Origin: Candidatus Aminicenantales bacterium | GTDB lineage: Bacteria; Acidobacteriota; Aminicenantia; Aminicenantales; UBA4085 | Direction: 5' to 3' | Assembly (NCBI GenBank): GCA_049515535.1 | Contig: JBEKTZ010000015.1 | Span: 62,001 to 93,711 of the forward strand | Length of the DNA stretch: 31,711 nucleotides | Shown here: positions 16,333 through 25,820 of the stretch, one piece after another | Layout: each line of letters begins with the position of its first letter | Position numbering within the stretch: the stretch's first letter is position 1 | Program-made: the position numbers and the translations under genes | Notes under the pieces: generated by a model | What the model was told of the DNA's origin: nothing | The model's input: the letters and a program-made list of their open reading frames with translations, nothing else | Databases searched by the model: none

Positions 16333-18891
16333 TCAGCGATCCGTGACGATCTCGGATCGGCGGCTCTCCCGGCCGTCCAGGTAGACGGTCGTCAAGGCAT
16401 AAACGTATGTCTTGGTCGTAAGAAGGCCGCTGTCCTTATAGGACAAAGTCGCGGAATTCAGGGTGGCGAGCTTGACGAATCGGTCGTCGCTTTCTCCCTC
16501 GTACCGGCGATAGAGGTTGAACCCACTCACTTCGGATTCGTCGTTCAGGTCGTTTCTCTCGAACGTGATGGTGTCCTGCTTTTCCTGATAAAACAGGATT
16601 CTCATGATCGCCGTCCTGATGGCGGGATTGAGGGGCGGGAACTCGAATTTCCGCGTCTCGACGACCGTGGGGGAGGGATCGCTTTCGATGTCGGCTTGGG
16701 ACAGCGATGTCAAACGGTAAGCATATTTCGTCTTGACCTCAAGGCTCGAATCCTCGTAAAGGAGCGCGATGGGAGGAATTTCGGCCTGAAGCGTGAACCC
16801 GCCGTCTCCTTGCGTCGTGAGCTTCCGATAGAGCCGATAATTCTTGAGCGGGATGCCCGCGTTCCCGGCGTTGGCCTTCCAAGAGAGAGAGTTGATCTTC
16901 CGCGTTCCCGTTCCGTCCAACCGCGTGTCTAAAACCGGGTCGAGCGGCGCCTTGGGTTTGGGCGGCGTGATCGTGAACGGACGGTCGCTGACGTCCGAAG
17001 GAGCGCCGTCCGGAGCCTCGTTGATTCTCACCAGGCAGTTGGAGCCGGGCGTATTCGGGATCGTCCACGCATAAGATCCGTTGTTGGATGCGGCGGAAAC
17101 GATCGTCGTATAGCTCGTTCCTCCGTTCGTCGAGATCTCGATCAGGACGTCCCCCACGATTCCCGAGGTCGTCCAGGTGATCGCCTGCGTCGTGCCGGCC
17201 TGCCAGGATTCGCCGCCGTTCGGCGAGAGCACGGTGATTGTCTCTTTTTGGCTTTTCAGGCCTTTGAACCAGGTTTCGGCCATGAGCTGGTATCCGCTGG
17301 CGTTCGGATGAACGCCGTCAATAAGCAGGAGCGACGGCCATCCCCCGTCCGCGGCGGGGTAGGTGTAGAAAGCGTCGAATTGATCGACGAGCGGGATATT
17401 CAGGCCGGCGGCGACCTGCCGGATTTTCGCGTTGAGATCGAAGATCCTGGTTTGATAGACCGGGTCAGACCATTTCGAATCGTTGCGGGGAATGATCGTG
17501 GCGAGGAGGGGAACCATTCCGGAGCCCAGTCCCCGGAGGGCCATTTCTCGAAGGTCGAAGGCCGCCGTGTCCATGGAGATATCGAGAAAGATGACGTCGT
17601 TTGTTCCTTCCATAAGGAGCAGATATCGGGAGGCGTGCGCCGCGATCGCGGAATCGATCCGGGACAGCCCATCCGGTGTCGTTTCGCCTCCCATCCCCTC
17701 GTTCCAAATTTTCGCCGAGCCGTATTTTTGAGTGAGCAGGGGCTCCAGGCGGGGTTGATAGCCCTGGTTTTCGGCATAAGTGATACTATCGCCGAACGTG
17801 GTATATTGATTTTCGTCCCGCGAAAATGCCTTGACGGGCGGCGATTCCCCGCGCGAAACGGCAAGATCGGTTTTTTCGATCAGCTCTCGAAGCGAGAGGA
17901 TGAGCGATTCGGTTCGTTCGCCCGATTCCCAGGTCACTTTGAGGAGGTCCCCGGTGACGGCCAGACGGGGTGGTCCGAGAGGCCCGTCCCTGTCCGAAGC
18001 GATTTCGATTTCCGGACCCCAGGCCGGCCCGCGCTTGATCCGGGCAAGAAGCGCGCCTGCCCGGCCTACGGATCGGCGCCAAACGACGAGGGGAGTCGAT
18101 CCCGAGACAAAGGCGAAGGACGGCGAGGTGTTGGCCGAGGGATCGTCCGTGATTTTTTCTTCGGGCGACCAGGCCTCCCCATTCCAAAAGGAGAAGAATA
18201 TCTCATAGGCCCGGCCGTCGTATGCGGACCAGAAGACCCAAGGACATCCGTTCGGGTCAAGGCCGGCCGAAGGATTCATATGAGGATAGCGGCTTTCCCC
18301 GTTGAGACGGAAGGGCTTTGACCATATGTCCCCGAGCAAGACGCAGCCGAAGATCTCATCCCTTGCGGCGTCCCTTCCCGTCCAAAAAACCCATGTTCCC
18401 CGGCTCCCGCCCGCCAGAATTTTGGGCGTCAGGGCGGAGGCGACATATGGGCCGTTGATGATCCACGCGTTTTCCGGGACGAGACTCGCGACGCCGACGG
18501 AGAAGTTGCCTCCGGCTCCCTCGATCCATGTGATCCAGGGATTCTGGAATTCATCGAAGTCCAGATCGGGCGAAAAGAGCGGGAGGGTGGAACGGAAAAT
18601 GAGACGATCCGAGACGATCCTGCCGTCCTTGATCCGGCCGAAACGAATTTCGCTCGTTTCTTGAACCCGCCGGACCCAAACGATTCCGCTCTCTCCGGTT
18701 TTGTCTTCTTTGACGACGGTCGCGACGATTTGTTCCTGGGCCGCGATCTTTGTCGCGGCCCCCTCTCCTGTCGCGAGGCCGGAGCCGAGCCAGGCCATGA
18801 GAAAGCCGGCGAACGAAATACGGGCCAGGATCAAAAGGGCCTTTTTTTCCCGGGATATCATCCGGGATTTGGATATATCGTTCATGGACAT
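16333..18891 (-). CDS. Secreted modular SGNH/GDSL hydrolase: propeller-like N-terminus, SGNH domain, Ig-like domain, two Fn3-like repeats
   Basis: SGNH blocks FGDSIT, NEGMGG, EGTND and DGVHP. Ig-like segment ITVLSPNGGESWQAGTTQAITW. Two YR...YxD...YxY repeats at the C-terminus. The exact start is uncertain. Confidence 0.82.
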   Translation of the reverse strand: MSMNDISKSRMISREKKALLILARISFAGFLMAWLGSGLATGEGAATKIAAQEQIVATVVKEDKTGESGIVWVRRVQETSEIRFGRIKDGRIVSDRLIFRSTLPLFSPDLDFDEFQNPWITWIEGAGGNFSVGVASLVPENAWIINGPYVASALTPKILAGGSRGTWVFWTGRDAARDEIFGCVLLGDIWSKPFRLNGESRYPHMNPSAGLDPNGCPWVFWSAYDGRAYEIFFSFWNGEAWSPEEKITDDPSANTSPSFAFVSGSTPLVVWRRSVGRAGALLARIKRGPAWGPEIEIASDRDGPLGPPRLAVTGDLLKVTWESGERTESLILSLRELIEKTDLAVSRGESPPVKAFSRDENQYTTFGDSITYAENQGYQPRLEPLLTQKYGSAKIWNEGMGGETTPDGLSRIDSAIAAHASRYLLLMEGTNDVIFLDISMDTAAFDLREMALRGLGSGMVPLLATIIPRNDSKWSDPVYQTRIFDLNAKIRQVAAGLNIPLVDQFDAFYTYPAADGGWPSLLLIDGVHPNASGYQLMAETWFKGLKSQKETITVLSPNGGESWQAGTTQAITWTTSGIVGDVLIEISTNGGTSYTTIVSAASNNGSYAWTIPNTPGSNCLVRINEAPDGAPSDVSDRPFTITPPKPKAPLDPVLDTRLDGTGTRKINSLSWKANAGNAGIPLKNYRLYRKLTTQGDGGFTLQAEIPPIALLYEDSSLEVKTKYAYRLTSLSQADIESDPSPTVVETRKFEFPPLNPAIRTAIMRILFYQEKQDTITFERNDLNDESEVSGFNLYRRYEGESDDRFVKLATLNSATLSYKDSGLLTTKTYVYALTTVYLDGRESRRSEIVTDR

Positions 18892-18995
18892 TCCCTAAGG
18901 TTGACGTCGCCAAACCTCAAGCGGCTCAGGCCGGGACAAGAGCGATCCTGAGACGCGCTCCGGATCCGGAAACCCGGAATGCGCTCCTTTTGATT

Positions 18996-21092
18996 TCAAC
19001 GCAAAACGAGGTTTTCGATGAAGAATTCCATCATCCGTTGCTGATTGACGCTCGTATGGCCCAGATCGGGGCCGACTTGGACCTCGAAGCTTTTGCCGGC
19101 TTGCTGGAGGGCCGTGATGAGCTGCATGGCGTTGGTCGGGTGGACGTTGTTGTCCGCGGTCCCGTAATAAATCATCAACCTCCCCTTGAGGTCTTTGGCG
19201 TATTTCATCGCGGTTCCGGCTTCGTAGCCTTCTTTGTTCTCCTGCGGGATCCACATGTAGCGCTCGGTATAGATGCTGTCGTATTGGTTCCAGGAGGTCA
19301 CGGCGGACTGGGCGCAGGCGGCCGCGAAGACGTCAGGATAGCGGAGCAGGCACATCGCGGACGAATAGCCGCCGTAGGACGTGCCGAAAATGCCGATCCG
19401 CTCCTTGTTGATGTAGGGCCTGTCCCAGAGCGCCTTCACTCCCGCCGCCTGGTCGTCCATCTCGACGATGCCCAGCTTCAGATAGATGGCGTCGAGGGCT
19501 TTCTTGCCTTTGAAGTTCGCGCACCGCGAGTCGAGGCTGGCGATGAGGAAGCCGTATTCGGTGAGCGGGTTGGGCGAGGACCATGTTTCGCGGGCGCCGT
19601 TCGTAGCCGGCCCGGCGTAAACGCTGACGAGGAGCGGGTATTTCTTGCCGGGATCGAAGTTGGACGGGAAGTTCAGGATTCCGTAGAGATCCGTGCTGCC
19701 GTCCGCCGCCTTGTACTTGAACAGTTCGACTTTTTTCAGACCGAGCTGGTCGAATTTGGTCAGGTCGCTTTTGGCCAGATCGGCGACGACCCTGCCTTTG
19801 GCGTCCATCAGCCGGGTCGACGGGGGGACGTCATGGGCCTGGGCGACGTCGATAAAATATCTGCCGTCCGGAGAAATATTGACGGCATGGCTGAGCGCGG
19901 GGTCGGTCAGGCGCACGTCGTCCTTTCCCGTCAGTTTGACGCGGTGGAGCTCGGTCATCATATAGTTCGTGCCGTCGCGGGCCATGTAAAAAATGACGCC
20001 CGCGTCCTCGTCCACCTTCACGATATTGGCGACCTCGAAAGGATGGTTCGTCAGGGTCGCCAGGAGCTTGCCGCTCAGGTCGTAAAGGGAGAAGTTCTTG
20101 AAGCCCGTCCGCTCCGAGGTCCAGATGAACCGCTTGCCGTCTTTGAGAAACTGCATCGACGGTGAATTTTCGACCCAGCCGGTCGGCCATTCCTCCCGGA
20201 TGATGACCCGGCACTTGCCCGTCGCCGGGTCGGCGGCCGCGAACTCGAGGATGTTCTGGCGGCGATTCGTGCGGTTGAAGAGCAGCTCCTTGCCGTCCGG
20301 AGACCATGACACATGGTAGGCGTAATGGCCGACGACGGCGTTGTCGAACGGCTGGCCGTCGCGGACGTCGATCTGGGTGATCTTCTTCGCCGCGACGTCA
20401 TAGACGAAAATGTCCGCGATGGGGTTCGGCTCGCCCGCCTTGGGATAGGCTTCGATATCGGCCGTGGTGTACGGCTTGGTCTGATTCATCTGCAGAAAGT
20501 AGTCGGGGACTTTGCTCTCGTCGAACCGGTAAAAGGCGATCTTCGCGCTGTCGGGCGACCACCACATGGCCGTGGTCTGGGATAATTCCTCGCCGTAGAC
20601 CCAACTGGCCGTGGCGAACTTGATCCGCGCTTTTTCGTTGCCTTCCGTCGTGATGGCGACCTCGTTCTTGCCGTCGGGGTCGCTCAGCCAGAGGTTGCGG
20701 TCGCGATAAAACGCCTTGATCTTCTTGTCGGGCGAAAACGCCTCGGCGAACTGCCGTCCCCGGGCCGGACCGCCGATGCCTCCGCGGCCGCGCTGGCCGG
20801 CCTGGTCCAAGGGCGCCGGCGCGCCGACGACTTCGGACGTTTTCTCGGAGGCGATGTCATAGCGCCAGGTTTTGCCGTCTTTGGCGAACTCGAACGCTTT
20901 TCCTCCGTCTTTCCACGTCACTTGCAGGGAACCGGGCTTGACGGCGCCCTGCATTTCCTTGCTCATTTTCTGGTATTGGTCGTACCCCGGATACGTCTTC
21001 AGGCGGTCTTGCGCGCCCAGAAACGAGACGACGAGAACGCCGAACGTCAGAGCAAGGACGATGAGAAAAATACGGTTTTTCGTTTTTGTCAT
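18996..21092 (-). CDS. S9B family dipeptidyl peptidase IV-like serine peptidase
   Basis: GAGGAGG RBS and signal peptide. WVYGEEL, WWSPDS, YPKAG, nucleophile GTSYGG, YDSIYTERYM, GTADNNVH, and the His in LGHTS. Confidence 0.93.
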   Translation of the reverse strand: MTKTKNRIFLIVLALTFGVLVVSFLGAQDRLKTYPGYDQYQKMSKEMQGAVKPGSLQVTWKDGGKAFEFAKDGKTWRYDIASEKTSEVVGAPAPLDQAGQRGRGGIGGPARGRQFAEAFSPDKKIKAFYRDRNLWLSDPDGKNEVAITTEGNEKARIKFATASWVYGEELSQTTAMWWSPDSAKIAFYRFDESKVPDYFLQMNQTKPYTTADIEAYPKAGEPNPIADIFVYDVAAKKITQIDVRDGQPFDNAVVGHYAYHVSWSPDGKELLFNRTNRRQNILEFAAADPATGKCRVIIREEWPTGWVENSPSMQFLKDGKRFIWTSERTGFKNFSLYDLSGKLLATLTNHPFEVANIVKVDEDAGVIFYMARDGTNYMMTELHRVKLTGKDDVRLTDPALSHAVNISPDGRYFIDVAQAHDVPPSTRLMDAKGRVVADLAKSDLTKFDQLGLKKVELFKYKAADGSTDLYGILNFPSNFDPGKKYPLLVSVYAGPATNGARETWSSPNPLTEYGFLIASLDSRCANFKGKKALDAIYLKLGIVEMDDQAAGVKALWDRPYINKERIGIFGTSYGGYSSAMCLLRYPDVFAAACAQSAVTSWNQYDSIYTERYMWIPQENKEGYEAGTAMKYAKDLKGRLMIYYGTADNNVHPTNAMQLITALQQAGKSFEVQVGPDLGHTSVNQQRMMEFFIENLVLR

Positions 21093-21127
21093 GGTCGAAA
21101 CCTCCTCTCGTGAAATGATATTTTCAT

Positions 21128-21156
21128 ACAATAATTTTTTTCGGCGGATTTGACAA
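21128..21156 (-). promoter_or_regulatory. Putative sigma70 promoter for the S9 peptidase
   Basis: Minus strand TTGTCA-N17-TATTGT. Confidence 0.5.
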
Positions 21157-21183
21157 GCCTTCGTCGCGGAATCCCGGGTCTCC

Positions 21184-22344
21184 CTATTTCAGTTTTTCCA
21201 TTCCCTGAAAGTGCCGGCAGGGCGAGAGGAACTTCAGGATTTCCCGGTCCCGGGCCCGAAGATCGCCTTTGATGAGATGGACCAGCATCTCGCCGAGACC
21301 CGGGCCGATCATGAAGCCCTGGCCGCACATGCCGGCGGCGAGGAGCAGGCCCTTGACTTCTCCGGCCCAGCCGACGAGCGGAGCCCCGTCCGGCGTCATG
21401 GGATAAAGGCCGCGCCAGGTCCGCCGCACGCGAAGGTTCTTGAGCCGGGGCATGATGGTCACCATGCGGCTCGCGACCAACGGCAGGAACGAACTCGTCT
21501 CGCGCGTGTCGAACCCCCAGATGCTCGGGTTGGGCGTGATGCAGAATATGACCTGGCCCGTCGCGTGCTGATAGAAATAATAATTCGCGGACGCATCCGT
21601 GGGATGGATGTCCACGATCATGGGGTTCAGGAAATGGGCGACGGGCTCGGTGACGGCCCCTTCGTGGGAATCGGGGCGGACGGGAAGGTCGATGCCCGCC
21701 TGTTTCGCGATCTCGGCGGCCCAGGCTCCAGCGGCGTTGATCACGACCTCGGCGCCGTATTCCGCCCGGTCCGTTTTCAGGCCGCGGACGCTTCCGCCTT
21801 CGACGATCAGGCCGGTGACTTTTTCGTTGAAATGGAATTCCGCTCCCGCGCGCCGGGCCTCGGAAAAAAAGGCGTGGCCGGCGAGCAGCGGCGAAGCGTG
21901 GCCGTCGTCGGGCGAGAACGTTCCGCCGATCAGGCCGTCCGGATTCAGGTCCGGAGCGACCCCGAGCAGTTCTTGCTTATCCAGCCAATCGATATTCAGG
22001 CCGAAATTCTTCTGGGCGACGAGCAGCTCTTTGAGCGTCCGTTCCTCGCTTTCGCCGTAGGCGGCGAACATGTAGCCGCCCTTTTGCCACTCGATATTGT
22101 CTCCGTGGAGCTCTTTCCACGTGTCGAAGATTTCAAGGCTCCGGAGGCAGATGCGGATCTTTGCCGGGTCGGAGTGGGTCGCCCTCAGCCCGCCGATGGC
22201 GTGCTTATTCGAGCCCTGGCCGGCGCTTCGGAACTGGTCGATGACGAGCGTCCGGATCCCCTCCTTGGCCAGGAACAGGGCCGTTGGCGTGCCGACGCTG
22301 CCCGCGCCGACGATGATGACATCGAAGGACTTATTAGCGGTCAT
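21184..22344 (-). CDS. FAD-dependent oxidoreductase, DAO family (sarcosine oxidase beta / dye-linked proline dehydrogenase beta-like)
   Basis: DVIIVGAGSVG, VINAAGAWA, RTWRGLYPMTPDGAPLVG, GMCGQGFMIGP. Overlaps the stop codon of the upstream gene. Confidence 0.9.
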   Translation of the reverse strand: MTANKSFDVIIVGAGSVGTPTALFLAKEGIRTLVIDQFRSAGQGSNKHAIGGLRATHSDPAKIRICLRSLEIFDTWKELHGDNIEWQKGGYMFAAYGESEERTLKELLVAQKNFGLNIDWLDKQELLGVAPDLNPDGLIGGTFSPDDGHASPLLAGHAFFSEARRAGAEFHFNEKVTGLIVEGGSVRGLKTDRAEYGAEVVINAAGAWAAEIAKQAGIDLPVRPDSHEGAVTEPVAHFLNPMIVDIHPTDASANYYFYQHATGQVIFCITPNPSIWGFDTRETSSFLPLVASRMVTIMPRLKNLRVRRTWRGLYPMTPDGAPLVGWAGEVKGLLLAAGMCGQGFMIGPGLGEMLVHLIKGDLRARDREILKFLSPCRHFQGMEKLK

Positions 22345-24442
22345 GACCCGCCCCCTTCGCCTCATCGCACCCGGCGAACGTGCCGAGAGACACCTCCATG
22401 AACAGCGGGCGATGGATCTGGTCCACGATCTCCGCCTCCGGTACGCCTTCCTCCCGGAAAAGGCGGTGGATGAGCGGCGTGCAGGTCTTGGCGCCGCATG
22501 AGCCCATACAGGCCCTCGTCACGGCCTTGATCTCGTTGATGTCGCGATAGCCCCTCTGGATGAGGGCGCGGAGCTCGCCCGCCGTCACCCGCTCGCAGCG
22601 GCAGACGATCGTGTCGTCGGCCGTGCGCTCGACGTAGCGGGCCATGGGCTTCGTGATCTTGTCGGCCTGGACGCGAATGCCGGCGATCCTCCTGGCGATG
22701 GCGCGCGGCGATTTGAGCTTCACCAGGACGGTCCGGTCGTTGATCTTGATCGCCCGGACGCCGCTGACCTCGACGTCCCCGATCTCGCTCCCTTCGGTGT
22801 CGAGGACCGTGACGATGTCGCCGGTCTCGATGCCGTCCTGGAGGAACTCATAGGGGATGGTCACGGTCGGGAATTCCGGGTCCTTGCGGTAGTCGACGAG
22901 AGAGACGGCCAGGCCGGGGCAGATCACGACGCATTTTTCGCAGCCCGTGCATCCCTTTTCGTTCTCCTGGACCTTGAAATAGGGCAGGCGGCGAATGTCG
23001 CTCGAGTCGATGTGAATGAGGTTCTGCCGGCAGACCGTCGTGCACGGATCGCAGGGAATTTCCTGGACGCAGTGGAGGACCGGAAAAACTCCGCTTTCTT
23101 CCGCCGGATAGAGTTCGGGCTCGGTTTTTCCCGGTTTGGATTTGAGGATCTCGGCCGTTTCATACCATTCTTTCTTGATTTCGCCGACGTCATGGCCGAT
23201 GGCCCGGGCGATCTCGAGACCCTTGATTTTGCCGGAGAAAATGGCCGCGGAAGCTTCCGCGATCTCCTCGGCGTCGCCGGCGGCGAAGGTCGCCATCCCG
23301 AATTCCCGTCCCTTGAGATAGAACTCATTGACGGGGTCGAGGCCGATGGCGATGAGGATGGTGTCGCAAGCGAAAGAGCGTTCCGTCCCGGGAAGGGGCC
23401 GCCACTTTTCGTCCAGCCCGGCAATGGTCACGGATTCGACCGAGTCCCCGCCGTTCGCGCTCAGGATCGTGTGAGACGTATAAATGGGAACGCCGAAGCG
23501 GCGCAGCTTATCCTTGTGAACCTTGTAGCCGCTGCATTCGGGCAGGGCTTCGACGAGTCCGACGACCGGAATGCCCGCCTGGAGGGCATGGTAGCCAGCG
23601 ATGAGCCCGACGTTCCCCCCTCCGACGATGAAGAGCTTTTCCGAGGAGCGGACGAGGTCCCTGTTGACGATCGTCTGGAAAGCGCCGGCCCCATAAACGC
23701 CGGGCAGCGTATTGCCCCTGAAGGCGAGTGACTTTTCGCGGGCTCCGGCCGTCACGAGCAGCGCCTGAGGCTTGACGAGCACGTGGCGGTCGCCTCCGGC
23801 CAGGATCCCCACCTTCCGGTCGCTGTAGACGGCCAGGGCCGCGCTCTGAAGCCAGATGCGGACACAGGAAAACGCGCGCAACTCGTTTTCGAGCTTCGTT
23901 GCGATGTCGATGCCTCGCGTTCCCGCGTAAACCAAATCATAGGAGCCGAAAAATCGATGGGTCTGGAGAACGAGCTTGCCGCCCAGCCGGTGCTTGTCGT
24001 CTATGAGCAGCGTTTCGATGCCGCGTTTGCCGAGTTCGATGGCCGCCGAAAGGCCGGCCGGGCCGCCGCCGATGATCAAAACGGGAATGTCGATCTCTTC
24101 GCTCGGGCCGGTCCGCGGGGATTCGGCGACCCGGGGAAGCTCCGGCAGGCCGTCCACGGGCTCGACGCGCATCCCCGGCCGGACGAGCTCCATGCAAGCC
24201 TTGAGCGGCAGGCCGTCGGCCAGGACCAGACACTGGGCGCATTGGCCGTTGGCGCAGAAAATGCCCTGGGGAGCATGATCTTTATGATGATAGCTGAATA
24301 TTCTCTCCCCATGGGCGAAAAGAGCGGACGAGATCGTTTCTCCCTTGATGGCGATGAACGGCCGTCCCTTCCAGCTGAAGGGTATGGTTTCGGCGGATGC
24401 CGGAGCTAGAATCGGATGGCGTTCGATGCGATAGACACTCAA
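22334..24442 (-). CDS. Multidomain [2Fe-2S]/FAD-NAD/[4Fe-4S]/BFD oxidoreductase (alpha-subunit-like)
   Basis: Probable TTG start at 24442 after GAGGAGG. GIFCANGQCAQC, IIGGGPAGLSAA, VGGGNVG, CVQEIPCDPCTTVC, CTGCEKCVVICP, CRCE...CMGSCGAKTC. Confidence 0.88.
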   Translation of the reverse strand: MSVYRIERHPILAPASAETIPFSWKGRPFIAIKGETISSALFAHGERIFSYHHKDHAPQGIFCANGQCAQCLVLADGLPLKACMELVRPGMRVEPVDGLPELPRVAESPRTGPSEEIDIPVLIIGGGPAGLSAAIELGKRGIETLLIDDKHRLGGKLVLQTHRFFGSYDLVYAGTRGIDIATKLENELRAFSCVRIWLQSAALAVYSDRKVGILAGGDRHVLVKPQALLVTAGAREKSLAFRGNTLPGVYGAGAFQTIVNRDLVRSSEKLFIVGGGNVGLIAGYHALQAGIPVVGLVEALPECSGYKVHKDKLRRFGVPIYTSHTILSANGGDSVESVTIAGLDEKWRPLPGTERSFACDTILIAIGLDPVNEFYLKGREFGMATFAAGDAEEIAEASAAIFSGKIKGLEIARAIGHDVGEIKKEWYETAEILKSKPGKTEPELYPAEESGVFPVLHCVQEIPCDPCTTVCRQNLIHIDSSDIRRLPYFKVQENEKGCTGCEKCVVICPGLAVSLVDYRKDPEFPTVTIPYEFLQDGIETGDIVTVLDTEGSEIGDVEVSGVRAIKINDRTVLVKLKSPRAIARRIAGIRVQADKITKPMARYVERTADDTIVCRCERVTAGELRALIQRGYRDINEIKAVTRACMGSCGAKTCTPLIHRLFREEGVPEAEIVDQIHRPLFMEVSLGTFAGCDEAKGAGHDR

Positions 24443-24614
24443 AGAAGCCTCCTCGGAACAGGGGTCGCGCATTCCGGTATTCGTATCATCAAAAGCCGTT
24501 CTTGTATCCGGTGAATTCGGCGGGCGCGCCCGAATTCTCCCTATTTGAACGCGGTATTATATCACATTTCAAAAAAATGAAACGCCGCCCGGCCCGAAAT
24601 TGCCGATGAGATTC

Positions 24615-24681
24615 GACGCGGAATTCTGGGACATGAACCCAATCTCCGGATTGAGTGTCGTGTACCAAGGAATTCCGCGTC
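24615..24681. repeat. 67-bp imperfect palindrome with perfect 12-bp ends (REPIN/MITE-like)
   Basis: GACGCGGAATTC (24615-24626) / GAATTCCGCGTC (24670-24681), with a partly complementary interior. Confidence 0.6.
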
Positions 24682-24790
24682 TCTCCCAAAAATCCCGGTC
24701 TTCCGGAGGAGTGAAAGATCTATTGACAATTTTGAGGCCGGGAACGCGCTTGAGTTTTTCAAGGGAAGTGATATGCTTACCGTTTCCGCC

Positions 24791-25792
24791 ATGGGACTGC
24801 TCGATCTCTTCATCAATAAGAAATTCTCCTTCAAATTCGTTTACAGCGACGAATACTGGATGGCGGACCTCGGAAAACACATTTTTCCCGTCAAAAAATA
24901 CAGGATGATCTACGAGAACCTCCTGGCCATGGGGGCCAAAAAGGAGAATTTCATCGAACCGTCCCCGGCCGTCGACGAAGACCTCCTCCTCGTCCACGCG
25001 GCCAAGTACCTGAAGAAGTTGAAATCAGGGACCCTTTCCCATGCCGAGATCCAGGCTTTGGAACTTCCTTATACGGAGGACCTGGCGAAATTCGGCTGGC
25101 TCCATGTCGGCGGGACGATTTTAGCCGCCGAGCAGGCCCTGAAGGACGGTCTGTGCGTTCATATCGGAGGGGGCTTTCATCACGCTTTTTCCGACCATGG
25201 AGAGGGTTTCTGCGTTTTGAACGACGTTGCCGTGGCCCTCGAAAAGCTGAGGCGGGAAGGGAAGATCCGTAAGGCGATGGTTGTGGACTGCGACCTTCAC
25301 CAAGGGAACGGCACAGCCGCGATTTTCTTGAAGAAGGAATACGCGTTTACGTTCTCCATCCATCAGATGGACGTTTATCCCGCCGAAAAACAGATGAGCA
25401 CCGTCGATGTCGGCCTCTGGTCGGGTGACGGCGATGACAAATATCTGGCCGCGTTGAAGGAGCATTTTCCGGGCTTATACAGGAAATTCGAGCCGGATCT
25501 TATTTTTTTCGTCGCCGGATCAGACCCCCTCGAAGGCGATCAGCTCGGCGGATTGACCCTGACCAAGGAAGGCCTCATCGAAAGGGACACGATCATCATC
25601 GAAGAGGCGAGGCGGCTGAAAATCCCGCTCACCGTGGTTTGCGCGGGCGGATATTCGCGCGACGTCCTGGACAGCGTGGCCGTCCACATCAACACGATCA
25701 AGGTCGCCCAAAAAACCATGCGCAAATTCGGGATGAGAAAAACGGGGATCCTTCACTTTCATTCCGAGAAACGCGCGGCCGCGTCCTCTTAA
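24791..25792 (+). CDS. Zn-dependent histone deacetylase family protein (AcuC/AphA-like)
   Basis: HIFPVKKY, GGGFHHA, GEGFC, DCDLHQGNGT, AGSDPLEGDQLG, AGGY. Start is at 24791 or 24773. Confidence 0.92.
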   Translation: MGLLDLFINKKFSFKFVYSDEYWMADLGKHIFPVKKYRMIYENLLAMGAKKENFIEPSPAVDEDLLLVHAAKYLKKLKSGTLSHAEIQALELPYTEDLAKFGWLHVGGTILAAEQALKDGLCVHIGGGFHHAFSDHGEGFCVLNDVAVALEKLRREGKIRKAMVVDCDLHQGNGTAAIFLKKEYAFTFSIHQMDVYPAEKQMSTVDVGLWSGDGDDKYLAALKEHFPGLYRKFEPDLIFFVAGSDPLEGDQLGGLTLTKEGLIERDTIIIEEARRLKIPLTVVCAGGYSRDVLDSVAVHINTIKVAQKTMRKFGMRKTGILHFHSEKRAAASS

Positions 25793-25820
25793 GGCGTCCC
25801 TTGACCTCCGGCGGCTTTCT

